From positions 176,508-240,507 of the forward strand of contig CAXXIN010000003.1 in assembly GCA_963665275.2 (NCBI GenBank): a DNA stretch of 64,000 nucleotides, read 5' to 3'. Position numbers and translations under genes: made by a program. Below, piece by piece: positions 1 to 10,612 of the stretch. Source of the DNA: Negativicutes bacterium (GTDB lineage: Bacteria > Bacillota > Negativicutes > UBA1444). Position 1 is the first letter of the stretch; each line of letters starts with the position of its first letter. The notes beneath the pieces are model-generated. The model was not told the origin of the DNA. It ran no database searches and saw only the letters and a list, made by a program, of their open reading frames with translations.

Positions 1-894
1 GGTCATGGCCTGGGTGCAGCGGGCACAAAACCGACAACCCTTCGGCATCATGGCTGGCGTGGGCACAGTTCCCTCGATCGTCGCCAACCGGTCGCAGTCC
101 TTATCCAGACGTGGCATAGAAGCCAACAGTCCCTGCGTATAAGGATGCAGAGGATTCTTGAAAATCTGGCGGGCAGTGCCGTATTCCATGACTTTGCCGG
201 CATACATGACCATGATGGTATCAGCCATTTTGGCAACCACGCCCATATCATGCGTGATCAGGATAATGGCTGTATTGAGCTTGCGTTTCAGTTCCACCAT
301 CAAATCGATGATTTGCGCCTGGATGGTCACGTCCAAAGCAGTGGTTGGTTCATCTGCGATGAGCAGTGACGGGTTACAGGAAAGCGCCATCGCAATCATG
401 ACTCGTTGGCGCATACCACCTGACAATTGATGCGGATATTCCTGCAACCGCTGTTCCGGCGAAGATATGCCGACTTTTGTCAACAGTTCCAAAGCTTGCT
501 TCTTAATTATTTCCCTGGGCAGTTTATTGTGGACCGAGATTGTCTCTTCCAACTGTTTGCCAATGGACAGGACCGGATTGAGAGAGGTCATGGAGTCCTG
601 AAAAATCATGGCAATTTCCTCGCCGCGTATCCGGCACATTTCTTCGTTGCATTTCTTGGTGAGATCTTCGCCTTTGTAAAGAATTTCTCCTCCGGCAATG
701 GACCCCACGGCATGGGGAAGCAGCCGCAGGATTGAAAGCGACGTTACGCTTTTACCGCAGCCGGATTCCCCGACGATTCCCAGCGTTTCACCCTCATGCA
801 CAGCAAAGCTGACATCATCCACGACTACAACCGTATTTCGCTTGGTCCTGAATTGGGTCTTAAGATGATTTACCTGCAACAATGGCTGCGACAC
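1..894 (-). CDS. Oligopeptide/dipeptide ABC transporter ATP-binding subunit (OppD/DppD family), 3' end runs off the window
   Basis: Hand translation from GTG at 894 gives MSQPLLQVNHLKTQFRTKRNTVVVVDDVSFAVHEGETLGIVGESGCGKSVTSLSILR (Walker A GESGCGKS); LSGGMRQRVMIA signature further in. Absent from the ORF track because it has no stop in the window. Confidence 0.93.
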   Translation of the reverse strand, partial: MSQPLLQVNHLKTQFRTKRNTVVVVDDVSFAVHEGETLGIVGESGCGKSVTSLSILRLLPHAVGSIAGGEILYKGEDLTKKCNEEMCRIRGEEIAMIFQDSMTSLNPVLSIGKQLEETISVHNKLPREIIKKQALELLTKVGISSPEQRLQEYPHQLSGGMRQRVMIAMALSCNPSLLIADEPTTALDVTIQAQIIDLMVELKRKLNTAIILITHDMGVVAKMADTIMVMYAGKVMEYGTARQIFKNPLHPYTQGLLASMPRLDKDCDRLATIEGTVPTPAMMPKGCRFCARCTQAMT

Positions 895-927
895 GGTTCA
901 GCCCCCTAACTATAGAGCTATGAAAGT

Positions 928-2535
928 CTATTTGGCGACCTTCCATTCCCATACACTGCGATTGTGAAGTGTGAAATTCGTGTAGTCTATGTTGGATATT
1001 TGCTTGTTATAGGCCACCAAATCATTCGAGAAATACAGCCAGGTAAAAGGCACCTGTTCGCGCAACAGCATTTGATACTGCTCGTAAAAGGGCTTGCGAG
1101 TCTCAAAAGTAAAGGCTTTGAGCCCCTTATCTCCCAAATTGGCCAGAGACCGATCCTGAAGCTGCGAGAAATTGTTAATGTGACCGGGGGTCACATTCAG
1201 TACACTCTCCCCTGGATCCGGGGAACCCCAGGATCCGATCAGCGCAAAATCATAGTCCCCTTTGCGCGCTGCAGTAAGCATGGTTGGATGGTCGGTGGTG
1301 ACAATTTTCACTTTGATGCCGATTTTAGCCAGGTCCTGTTGAAGCATCGGCGCGGATTTCTCGCGCAGAGAATTTCCCTTGGAGACACGCAATTCATACT
1401 CTTTGCTTGTGTCAAAACCGGACCCGGCGACCATGGCTTTGGCTTTTTCCACGTCATAGGGGATCGGCAGCAAAGCCTTGTTAAAATACTTGTGATCGGG
1501 GCGTAATGGACCCGGCGCCGAAAGGCCTTCGCCTTTCATCAGGTTGTTCACCAAGGCATCCCGATTGATGGCCATGTTGATTGCCTGCCTAACAGGTTGA
1601 GGAATTCGCTTGGTATTGATCGACATATATTGATACCCTAAAGACGGTACAGATTTAGTGACCAGTTTTTCCTGTTTTTTGGCCATGTCCCAATCGTTCA
1701 GTGGAATGTTTCCTATACTGGCGCCCGCCACCACATCAATCTCTCCGTTAATCAAGCCGGATAGAATGTTGGATTCCGGTACGATTCTGACCACGAATCG
1801 GTCAAAATCCGGCGCGCCCAGATGGTAGTCCTTGTTAGCCGTGAGTTGAACCCGTTCGCCGGAAATCTCGCTTTCGAACTTGCAGGGACCGGAACCGATC
1901 GGACGCTGCCAGAATTTATCGCTTAGCAAGCTCTTCACTGGAATGTCCTTGAGCAAATGCTTTGGCAAGACGTAGAAATCGCGGAACATGATGAACAGCA
2001 TGTAGTCCAGGCCCGTCGGTTCGATCATCGTGAACTGCACGGTTTGTTTATCGAGGGCTTTGACGCCGAACTCTTTGCCCGGGTCACGCACGCCGCCTTT
2101 GGTTCCTGTAAACGGCGCGATCTTGGAACGGCGCGCTACACTGATGTCGGGATTTGCCATCAATTCCGCCGTGAACACCACATCATCCGCGGTGACCGGC
2201 GCGCCATCGTGCCACTTCGCCTTTTCGTTCAGCACAAAGGTGATTTTGGTATGGGTCGCCTCGTCGATACTCCAACTTTTGGCCAGACGGGGCTTGACTG
2301 TGCCGTCTGTGTTGAGTACGGTCAGTTTATCATAAATCAGTTCCAGCACCGCATCCGTATTGCCGTTGGTGGTGTTGAAGGGAACAAATGTGTCCCAGGG
2401 CGCCGTCATCGCCATCGTAACGATTTTTTGCTTGCCGGATGCGCCTGTGGCGGGAGCGGGGCCCTGCGAGCAACCGCTCAGCAACATCGAGACCATCAGC
2501 ATGCCTACCAGAATTTTGACCAAGTTCCGATTCAT
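928..2535 (-). CDS. Peptide/nickel ABC transporter substrate-binding lipoprotein (SBP family 5)
   Basis: Lipobox LSGC, KWHDGAPVTADDVVFT and PIGSGP family-5 motifs; operon context. Confidence 0.93.
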   Translation of the reverse strand: MNRNLVKILVGMLMVSMLLSGCSQGPAPATGASGKQKIVTMAMTAPWDTFVPFNTTNGNTDAVLELIYDKLTVLNTDGTVKPRLAKSWSIDEATHTKITFVLNEKAKWHDGAPVTADDVVFTAELMANPDISVARRSKIAPFTGTKGGVRDPGKEFGVKALDKQTVQFTMIEPTGLDYMLFIMFRDFYVLPKHLLKDIPVKSLLSDKFWQRPIGSGPCKFESEISGERVQLTANKDYHLGAPDFDRFVVRIVPESNILSGLINGEIDVVAGASIGNIPLNDWDMAKKQEKLVTKSVPSLGYQYMSINTKRIPQPVRQAINMAINRDALVNNLMKGEGLSAPGPLRPDHKYFNKALLPIPYDVEKAKAMVAGSGFDTSKEYELRVSKGNSLREKSAPMLQQDLAKIGIKVKIVTTDHPTMLTAARKGDYDFALIGSWGSPDPGESVLNVTPGHINNFSQLQDRSLANLGDKGLKAFTFETRKPFYEQYQMLLREQVPFTWLYFSNDLVAYNKQISNIDYTNFTLHNRSVWEWKVAK

Positions 2536-2589
2536 GTCATTTCCCCCTCATAAATTTGTTTTGTTCCCGTAACCTCAAGGTTTCTGTGT

Positions 2590-3474
2590 TCAAATGACCA
2601 TTTTGGTGTCCAGCGCATCACGGACTCCGTCACCGATGAAATTGATACTCAACACAGTGATGACCAATGCAATACCCGGCGGAACCCATAGCCACGGACG
2701 CTGAGATAAAACACTGATCGATTGGGCATCATACAGGATATTGCCCCACGATGCCTGCGGGGCCTGCACTCCCATTCCTAGAAAACTCAAGGCGGATTCG
2801 GTGATGATCGCCTGCGCGGCACGGAACGTAAATGCGATGAGAACCGGCGCAAAAGTATTGGGCAGGATATATTTGAGCAAAATACTCCCGTTTTTTGTGC
2901 CGATCGCACGAGCTGCTTCAACATAATCCATCGAACTGGCGGAAAGCACATTCCCGTAAATCAATCGTGCGAACCTCGGCCAGCCCAATATGCCGATCAC
3001 AAGGATGATCGTAATAACCGAAGGACCCAGCACTGATACCAGCACCATAATCAGAATCATGGCAGGAAACGACATGAAGGTGTCTGCACTGCGCATGATC
3101 AACGTTTCCCAGAAACCTCGGTAGTACCCGGCGATCAGCCCCAACGGCACGCCTACCAACATGCTGATGATGGCCGACAAAATCCCCACGCTCAAAGAAA
3201 CGCGTCCGCCGTAGATGAACCGAGCGAAGATGTCACGCCCGATATCATCGGTTCCCAAAATGTGCTTGCCGGAAGGTGGGGAGCCGAACAGGACGTCGTA
3301 ATCGGTGGTGCTTTGATCCAAATTCATCAGTATCGGCAAAAATACCACCAGAAATATTTCTGCTATGAGCACCAACAAGCCTATCATGGCAGGTTTATGC
3401 TGCGAAAAACGCTGGCAGACATCTGAAAAATAAGAATTGACAGGAATATCCACTTTTTCATTTTTTTCAAACAT
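2590..3474 (-). CDS. Peptide ABC transporter permease (OppC/DppC family)
   Basis: HILGTDDIGRDIFAR, EAA loop YVEAARAIG, IGDGVRDALD. Confidence 0.95.
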   Translation of the reverse strand: MFEKNEKVDIPVNSYFSDVCQRFSQHKPAMIGLLVLIAEIFLVVFLPILMNLDQSTTDYDVLFGSPPSGKHILGTDDIGRDIFARFIYGGRVSLSVGILSAIISMLVGVPLGLIAGYYRGFWETLIMRSADTFMSFPAMILIMVLVSVLGPSVITIILVIGILGWPRFARLIYGNVLSASSMDYVEAARAIGTKNGSILLKYILPNTFAPVLIAFTFRAAQAIITESALSFLGMGVQAPQASWGNILYDAQSISVLSQRPWLWVPPGIALVITVLSINFIGDGVRDALDTKMVI

Positions 3475-3533
3475 GTACAGCCAACCTTTCTGTTTTCATT
3501 GGTTTGGGGTGTTCAGCGAAAAGTCGTCCTCAT

Positions 3534-4493
3534 TCATTCGTATGTTATGCGCGGGTCAAGCATGCCGTAAAGCAGGTCCACCAATAAATTACCGATTAGA
3601 ACAAACACGGCGATCAGCACGGATACTCCCATGATTACCGGGTAGTCGCGGGCGTTTATCGATTGCACCATCAAACTGCCCAAGCCGGGCCACCCGAAAA
3701 TTTGTTCCGTAACCACGGCGCCTCCAATCAGGAACGGAAGTTGCGTGCTAAACCATGATACTAGGGGAATCCAGGCATTTCTCAAAGCGTGCCGGATCAG
3801 CACATCCTTTTCGCGCAATCCCTTGGCCCTAGCTGTACGCACGTAATCATCCTGCAGCACCTCCAACATGGATCCCCTGCATTGCCGTATCAGGCTTCCA
3901 ATCATCTGGATGGCCAATACGAAGGATGGAAGAACCAAATGGTGTAGAAACATAGGCAGGGTACGCGCGCCGGATGTGTCATACATCCCAGATGTAGGAA
4001 ATATTCTCAGCTCGATGCAAAACAGATAGATCAATACGAGCCCGGCGAAAAAATTCGGCATCGCCGAGCCTACAAAGGATAACCCGGAAGAAACGTAATC
4101 CCACTTGGTATAGGGCTTATATGCCGCCATAATGCCTAACGGCAACGAAATAACGATAGTGATCAACATGGCTGAGCCGGTAAGGATCAATGTGGGTAAA
4201 ACTCTTTGGCCGATCATCATCATCACCGGAAGGTTAGTTCGAATCGAGGTTCCCATATTGCCTTGCAGGAGCTGCGTCAACCAGTGGAAATATTGAATGA
4301 TAACCGGCTGATCCAACCCCAACTCTTTGCTTTTGCGCGCCATTTCCTCCGCAGTGGCATAGGGGTCGTTAAAAAGGATTTCCAGGGGTGAACTGGGTGT
4401 CAACGAAGCCAATATATATACAAGAACAGTGATACCGAGGAAAGTCGGTATCGCAGTCAAAAGGCGTTTTATAACAAATGTATATTTGTTCAT
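3534..4493 (-). CDS. Peptide ABC transporter permease (OppB/DppB family)
   Basis: LGLDQP, DYVRTARAKGL, TEQIFGWPGLG, DPRI; GGAGG RBS before ATG at 4493. Confidence 0.95.
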   Translation of the reverse strand: MNKYTFVIKRLLTAIPTFLGITVLVYILASLTPSSPLEILFNDPYATAEEMARKSKELGLDQPVIIQYFHWLTQLLQGNMGTSIRTNLPVMMMIGQRVLPTLILTGSAMLITIVISLPLGIMAAYKPYTKWDYVSSGLSFVGSAMPNFFAGLVLIYLFCIELRIFPTSGMYDTSGARTLPMFLHHLVLPSFVLAIQMIGSLIRQCRGSMLEVLQDDYVRTARAKGLREKDVLIRHALRNAWIPLVSWFSTQLPFLIGGAVVTEQIFGWPGLGSLMVQSINARDYPVIMGVSVLIAVFVLIGNLLVDLLYGMLDPRITYE

Positions 4494-4542
4494 CTTTTCC
4501 TCCATCCTAGTGAACTAGACGAAGAGTGTTTTTAGTTCCCTT

Positions 4543-5509
4543 TCAAATCCTGTTTGCCGCTTTTACAACGCTGTTAATGCGGCGGTAGTCAATCTCCGTG
4601 GGTAGAGTGCAGTCCGAACCGATTATAAAACGTTTTCCATTCATCTCCGATAAAACCTTCTGCGTATGCCGGTCAATATCTTCCTCAGAGCCGTCTACCA
4701 GTACCCCCCGCCCTATCCTGAAATCCGCCGAGCACAATACTGTCAGAAAACAAGTCTGCTCCTTCAGTTAGGCTGAACTTATTTCCGTAAACACTCCAGT
4801 TTACAATAGACGGCTTGAGCGCTTGGTACCGTTCAAAAGAAATGTTGCTTTTGCAGATATGCAAAATATCAAAGCGGGTTTTTTCCTTGATATGTCGGTA
4901 AATTTCCGCTTCAAACGGAGCCACGAATTCCGCATACTCATCCTCGGTGAAGAAGTGCCGCTCCCCTCCCAAAGCCGCGTAAAAAATGCCTTCAGCGCCT
5001 GCTTCCAATGAGCAGTCCACCATTTCGATCAAGGTATCGGCAACCACGCGGAAAGCTTTTTTCATCTCAAGTGGCCGTTCCCGACAGAACAGCGCCAAAC
5101 AATAACCCATACTGGTATAATTTCCGGCGAAACCCGTCTCATGGAACATGGAAGCCACCAGTCCATGAATCGTGCTGACAATGGGGTACTCATCCCTTGA
5201 TTTGTCGGCAATTCGTTTGATTATATCCATTTGATCCAGGAAGAGGCGATCCGTGCGACAAAACCCGCGAAATTTCTTAATGTCATCCAGACAGCGAATC
5301 TGCGTCTCCCCATCATACAGTATATTCTCGTTCATGATCTTCAAAACATCCGTATCCGTGTTTTTCATAAAATCAATATGAGCCGTGATTGCACTTTCGC
5401 CATGGTGCATACTGTCAGGAAAATGCAACCAGAACCCTACCGGTGTGCGATCAACGGGTTTTCCCTCGATCAAACTGAAAATGCGTTCTCTTTTTGTCAT
5501 GGATTGCAT
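4543..5509 (-). pseudogene. Uroporphyrinogen decarboxylase (UroD/MtaA-CmuA superfamily) protein split by a +1 frameshift in a G6 run
   Basis: N-part MTKRERI...DRTPVGFWLHF, ILHIC; C-part in another frame GVLVDGSEEDI...FIIGSDCTLP. Removing one C at 4704-4709 joins them (QDRAGVLVDG). Could be a sequencing error. Confidence 0.8.
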
Positions 5510-5702
5510 GGCAACCTCCTTATTTTCCTTTGGATGACGCAGCGCCATTTATTTAATCATATTAGTAATCATATTAATAATATATTACTTTCGGCACACT
5601 TTGTCCATATATTTCACAAAAACCAAATCAGGTCCTGCTTCCGCGCGAACAACTCGTCTCGTACGAAAACAGGACCTGCTTCTATATCAACTACTAATTT
5701 TT

Positions 5703-7061
5703 TTATGAGTTACTGTCCGGCGTCAGGTGCTGCCGTTCGGCAACTTCCTTTTTCTCGCGGTAAACGATATAGACCGCTGCCAGGCTGGCCAGGACGCAGC
5801 AGAGTATGCCCAAATACCAAATGCCGTTGTATTCCGTATAAAAGGGCCCACCTTTGATGGCGAACTTCACAGCCATGAATCCGCTTAACGATAGCGAGGC
5901 CGCGCCAATAAACTGCCCGACCATATTAATGATCCCCATGCTGAAACCCGCAGTTCGAATCGACCAGATTTCGGCGGCGGAGGCATTCACCAGACCATTA
6001 ATATTAAGAATGACCCCGCTGAAGAAAGCGAGCGCTACAAGCCACTTAGCTGAAGGTACCACTGTGGAGAACAAGAAAAGTATCCCCGTTGTCAGCACAA
6101 GGCCGGTTAAAAGCGCAACACTACGCGGCATACCGAACTTTTTAAGCAAATGATCGGATAGCTTGCCAATGATGGGCGAACCCACCGTTCTACCGACCAC
6201 CCAAATGGTAGACATCGCTCCGCCTGCCACCATGGCGGCTTCTTTAGTCATCCCTTCGAAATGCATGTAATAATCGGCGGCAAATACCGGGAACCAGCCT
6301 ACGATGAGACGGTTGGCAATAATGTAACCGGACCACACAAGAGCTAACAGCCAGAGAGCCGGATCTCTGATGATTTCATGGGCCCGCGCCTTATAATCGG
6401 CATCCTGCTTCTTGTCTTCCGCCGCCTCAATCGAAGGCAACCCCAATTCGGAAGGGTCAGACCTGAACATAAAGTGGATAACAATAGCAATCGCCACGAT
6501 CATGATTCCCATGAGAATGGTTGAGCCTCTCCAACTCGCCATTTTGCCAAACAGTTCGGTGTTCGAAATGATTAACGCGAGATAGGGGATCAGGAAGAAG
6601 GCAAAAGCTTCGCCCAGTCCGCCGCCCAACCCGTGGTTGGTTTCCACGGCCAAGCCACGCTCTTTTTTCGCAAACCACTTGGAGAGGATCGAGGTAATCG
6701 GCACATAGCCCGCGGCTGATACAAAACCCATCAAAGCTCGCCAAATCAGGGTTTCGGTAAATGTACTGCTAAATGCGAATCCGACGAGAAACAGGCCGAC
6801 CAAGCCGGTGCCGAGGGGAATGACCCGCCGTCCGCCAAACTTATCCGCCGCAATTCCCATGGGAACTTGCGCCAACGAATAAGCGTAGAAGAAGGCGGAA
6901 CCGAGTAGCCCCAGCTCCGGTTTTCCAATCCCGAGATCGCCTGACAAATACTTCGAAATGCTGGTGTAATTCCAACGGACCAAGGTACTCGTGCAATAGG
7001 TCAAAATGCAAGCAGCCAAGATTATCCAACGATAATTTCTTTTAATAAACGATTGGTTCAT
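5703..7061 (-). CDS. MFS transporter (organic anion/OPA-ACS-like)
   Basis: Motif A GIAADKFGGRR, SKWFAKKERG, about 12 hydrophobic segments. Confidence 0.9.
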   Translation of the reverse strand: MNQSFIKRNYRWIILAACILTYCTSTLVRWNYTSISKYLSGDLGIGKPELGLLGSAFFYAYSLAQVPMGIAADKFGGRRVIPLGTGLVGLFLVGFAFSSTFTETLIWRALMGFVSAAGYVPITSILSKWFAKKERGLAVETNHGLGGGLGEAFAFFLIPYLALIISNTELFGKMASWRGSTILMGIMIVAIAIVIHFMFRSDPSELGLPSIEAAEDKKQDADYKARAHEIIRDPALWLLALVWSGYIIANRLIVGWFPVFAADYYMHFEGMTKEAAMVAGGAMSTIWVVGRTVGSPIIGKLSDHLLKKFGMPRSVALLTGLVLTTGILFLFSTVVPSAKWLVALAFFSGVILNINGLVNASAAEIWSIRTAGFSMGIINMVGQFIGAASLSLSGFMAVKFAIKGGPFYTEYNGIWYLGILCCVLASLAAVYIVYREKKEVAERQHLTPDSNS

Positions 7062-7138
7062 TTTCTCTCACCCTTTCCCTAATTATAATCGGTAAGCCTT
7101 CCATTGGAAAACACTGTGCATTTGTCAGCTTGGTATCA

Positions 7139-7149
7139 TTGTCAGACAA
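7139..7149. promoter_or_regulatory. Putative FadR/GntR operator TTGTCAGACAA upstream of the MFS gene
   Basis: Palindrome repeated at 13959 and 14784. Confidence 0.65.
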
Positions 7150-7175
7150 ATACCATCAAAAAAATTAACGGTCTG

Positions 7176-8597
7176 CTATGGCAAATGAATGGATTTGTTA
7201 TTGACTGCGTGAGCAGCTTCAAACAAGCTCTCCGCAAACGTAGGATGAGCATGAATCGTTGCCGTCAATTCTTCGACGGTGGCTTCGAGGCGCATGGCCA
7301 GAGCCGCTTCGGCGATGATGTCGGTCGCTCTTTCACCGATAATATGAACGCCGAGAATTTCACCAGTCTCTTCTTCGGTCACAACTTTTGCCAACCCCTG
7401 TGTTTTTTCAAGCGCCACTGCTTTGCCGAGAGCAGCAAAAGGAAACTTGCCTACCTTTACACGATAACCTTTTTCGCCGGCTTCCTTTTCAGTTAAGCCA
7501 ACTCCGGCAACTTCAGGATTACTGAAAATGCACCCCGGCACGACTTTATAATCCATTTTGCTCTTGCCGCCCAGCGCATTTTCGGCGGCAACCACACCTT
7601 CCGCAGAGGCACTATGCGCAAGCAGCATGCCGCCAGCTGCGACATCGCCAATGGCATAGACCCCTTTCACGTTGGTCTCCATTCGTTCATCGACGATGAT
7701 CCCCCTACGGCTGGTCTGAATGCCTATGCCCGCCAAATTAAGGTCTTCGATATTGGGGCTTCTGCCTGCCGCCATCAAAACCTGTTCCGTCTCCAGTTTT
7801 ATGGGCCCTTGAGCAGTTGTTACTTCAACAATCAAACCGTTTTTTTGTGCTTTGATCGCTTCAATCTTGGCGCTTTTATAGATTTTAATGCCTTTTTTTT
7901 GCATTGCCGTTTCCAAAACGGCAACAATTTCACTATCCATTTGCGGCAATATCTGCGGCATCATTTCGATGATCGTAACTTCCGCTCCCAAGTTGCGATA
8001 AATGAAAGCGAATTCTACGCCAACGGCGCCGCCGCCGAGAATCAGGATATTTTGGGGTACTTTTTCCATGTTGAGTGCCCGATCACTGTTGATCACAGAT
8101 GGGTGATCGCTTCCCGGGATTGGCAATGCCGCCGCTCTGGAGCCTGTTGCCACAATAATATTCTTGGCCTTTTGGCGGATCAAGCCTTCTTTGGTTTGAA
8201 TTTCAATCGTTTGCGCATCGACGAATCGACCTTTGCCGCTTACCAATTGAATTTTGTTTTTCTTAACTAGATAATTTACGCCACCAACCAATTGCTCAAC
8301 CACACGGTTTTTGTATTTCATGAGTTGCGCCAAATCCAGTCCGTTATATTGAAGTTTAATGCCCACTTTCGCCGCCGCCTCTGCCATGTCAGCATACTCG
8401 CTGCTATGGAGCAAGGTTTTGGTCGGAATACAACCCCGGTTCAGACAGGTTCCGCCGAGTTTATCCTGTTCCACGAGAACCACCGCGGCGCCTAACTGTG
8501 CGGCGCGTATTGCGGCGACATAGCCCCCGGGTCCTCCCCCCAACACCAGCACATCGGCTGTTGCGGCGCCGGATTTCCCTTCATATGATTGGCTCAT
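7176..8597 (-). CDS. lpdA: Dihydrolipoyl dehydrogenase (E3)
   Basis: GGGPGGY, GGTCLNRGCIPTK redox disulfide, GGGAVGVE, HAHPTFAE. Confidence 0.96.
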   Translation of the reverse strand: MSQSYEGKSGAATADVLVLGGGPGGYVAAIRAAQLGAAVVLVEQDKLGGTCLNRGCIPTKTLLHSSEYADMAEAAAKVGIKLQYNGLDLAQLMKYKNRVVEQLVGGVNYLVKKNKIQLVSGKGRFVDAQTIEIQTKEGLIRQKAKNIIVATGSRAAALPIPGSDHPSVINSDRALNMEKVPQNILILGGGAVGVEFAFIYRNLGAEVTIIEMMPQILPQMDSEIVAVLETAMQKKGIKIYKSAKIEAIKAQKNGLIVEVTTAQGPIKLETEQVLMAAGRSPNIEDLNLAGIGIQTSRRGIIVDERMETNVKGVYAIGDVAAGGMLLAHSASAEGVVAAENALGGKSKMDYKVVPGCIFSNPEVAGVGLTEKEAGEKGYRVKVGKFPFAALGKAVALEKTQGLAKVVTEEETGEILGVHIIGERATDIIAEAALAMRLEATVEELTATIHAHPTFAESLFEAAHAVNNKSIHLP

Positions 8598-8620
8598 AGT
8601 TTCTCCTCCATTATAGTGGT

Positions 8621-9598
8621 CTACTTTCCAAACATTTCTCTGGCGGTTTGGACGATACGCTGTTCGCTCGGAATATAGAAATCTTCCAGCGTCGGACTGA
8701 AAGGAACCGGTGTGTCCTGGGCGCCCACGCGCTCGATCGGAGCATCCAGATACCCGAACGCTTCCTTGCTGACGACAGCCGCAATCTCGCCACCGATACC
8801 GCCGATCATCGGCGCCTCATGGGTTATCAGCAGTCGGCTTGTTTTGATCACCGATTTCACAATCGTTTGGGTATCCAATGGCTTGATGGAACGCAAATCC
8901 ACTACTTCCGCATCAATTCCGAGTTTCGTCAATTCTTCCGCCGCCCGCAACGATTTGTTCACCATCGCCCCGCAGGATACGATTGTGAGGTCTTTGCCTT
9001 CACGCCTGATCGCCGCTTTACCAATAGGTATCACAAAATCTTCTTCCGGTACTTCATCACGCACTCCGTACAATAATTTATGCTCCAGGAAAATTACCGG
9101 ATTCGGTTCACGGATCGCGGCCTTCAGCAAGCCCTTCGCATCGGCGGCTGTAGCAGGCATCAGCACTTTTATGCCGGGAACGTTGGTAAACCAAGCTTCC
9201 AAATTCTGCGAATGGTGCATGCCGGAGCGACTTCCTGCACCGAAGGGCGCTCTGATCACCAGGGGAACCGACATGTCGCCATCATACGCATAGCACATTT
9301 TGGCGGCGTTATTCACGAGTTGATCGGCAGCAATCGGCAAAAAGTCCGAGAACATCAGTTCAACCACCGGTTTCATACCCATCATTGCTGCACCGATTGC
9401 AGCCCCGGTAATCGCCGCCTCGGAAATAGGAGTGTCAATGACCCGGTCCGAGCCGAATTTATCCCAAATGCCGGCAGTCACTTGCAATGTTCCACCATAA
9501 CTCCCGATATCTTCACCAATCAAAATTACGTCGGCATCGACTGCCATTTCTTCCATCAAAGCTTCCCGGATCGCTTCCCGCATGGTTATTTTTTTCAT
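8621..9598 (-). CDS. 2-oxoacid/acetoin dehydrogenase E1 beta subunit
   Basis: GEDIG, RVIDTPISE, HHSQNLE, FLEHKLLY, EVVDLRSIKPLD. Confidence 0.93.
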   Translation of the reverse strand: MKKITMREAIREALMEEMAVDADVILIGEDIGSYGGTLQVTAGIWDKFGSDRVIDTPISEAAITGAAIGAAMMGMKPVVELMFSDFLPIAADQLVNNAAKMCYAYDGDMSVPLVIRAPFGAGSRSGMHHSQNLEAWFTNVPGIKVLMPATAADAKGLLKAAIREPNPVIFLEHKLLYGVRDEVPEEDFVIPIGKAAIRREGKDLTIVSCGAMVNKSLRAAEELTKLGIDAEVVDLRSIKPLDTQTIVKSVIKTSRLLITHEAPMIGGIGGEIAAVVSKEAFGYLDAPIERVGAQDTPVPFSPTLEDFYIPSEQRIVQTAREMFGK

Positions 9599-9599
9599 T

Positions 9600-10580
9600 T
9601 TACATCACATCCTTTTCGGTAGCATAAGTATGTAAAAGAGCTTCTTCGGCTGGTGGGTACGGCGAATCTTCCGCAAACTTAATGGCATCCTTCACTTCTT
9701 CCTTGACGCTCTCATCAAGTGCATCCAGTTCTTCTTCCGTGGCAATTCCTTGGGACAGCAGATATTCCCGATAGTGTTTGACCGGGCAACGGGCTTTCCA
9801 TGCCTCAATTTCCTCTTTCGGTCGATCATCGCGCGGGTCGCGCTCGGAATGGCCTCTCCAGCGATAGGTCTTGCATTCCAAAAGTGTTGGTCCTTCTCCT
9901 TTTCTGGCCCGGTCGTAAGCTTTTTGCGATTCATTGTAGACAGCCAGCACATCATTGCCGTCCACCACAACCCCCGGCATGCCGTATGCCGCCGCTCGGT
10001 CGGCAATATCTTTGATTGCCACATGATACGAAGCGGGCGTCGAAATCGCATACAAGTTGTTCTCGCAAACGAACACAACCGGTAATTTCCAGATCGCGGC
10101 CAAGTTCAGCGCTTCATGAAAATCACCCCGATTGGTCGCTCCGTCACCAAAGAACACCACCGAAACATAGTCTTTTTTTCGTAGCTTGGCTGCCAGCGCC
10201 GTGCCGACGCCGAGCGGAATATGTCCGCCGACGATTCCCGAACCGGCGATCACGCCTTTTTTCCTGTCGCCCAGATGATGCGAAGTATTTTTCCCGCGCC
10301 CGGAACCGGTGACTTTAGCAAACGCACCCGCCATCATTTGCCGAGATGAAATGCCTTTGACCATGAAAGCGCCGCGTGTGCGCAGCGACGGCAGAATGAG
10401 ATCATCTGCACGCAGGTTGTAGCACGCTCCAACCGAGATGGCCTCCTGACCGATGCTCACATGGGGAAGTTCCGTAAGCGGTGAGTGATGGTGATATTCG
10501 ACCATTCTTTCTTCCGTGTGCCGAGTTAAGAACAATAGACGATACATTTCCAAGTGATCTGCTTTGGCAAGTTTTTTCAT
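9600..10580 (-). CDS. 2-oxoacid/acetoin dehydrogenase E1 alpha subunit (TPP-dependent)
   Basis: GQEA, GDGATNRGDFHEALN...CENNLYA TPP motif, TYRWRGHS. Confidence 0.92.
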   Translation of the reverse strand: MKKLAKADHLEMYRLLFLTRHTEERMVEYHHHSPLTELPHVSIGQEAISVGACYNLRADDLILPSLRTRGAFMVKGISSRQMMAGAFAKVTGSGRGKNTSHHLGDRKKGVIAGSGIVGGHIPLGVGTALAAKLRKKDYVSVVFFGDGATNRGDFHEALNLAAIWKLPVVFVCENNLYAISTPASYHVAIKDIADRAAAYGMPGVVVDGNDVLAVYNESQKAYDRARKGEGPTLLECKTYRWRGHSERDPRDDRPKEEIEAWKARCPVKHYREYLLSQGIATEEELDALDESVKEEVKDAIKFAEDSPYPPAEEALLHTYATEKDVM

Positions 10581-10612
10581 AACGTTCTTCACCTCTCCAA
10601 TAATATGCTGGC

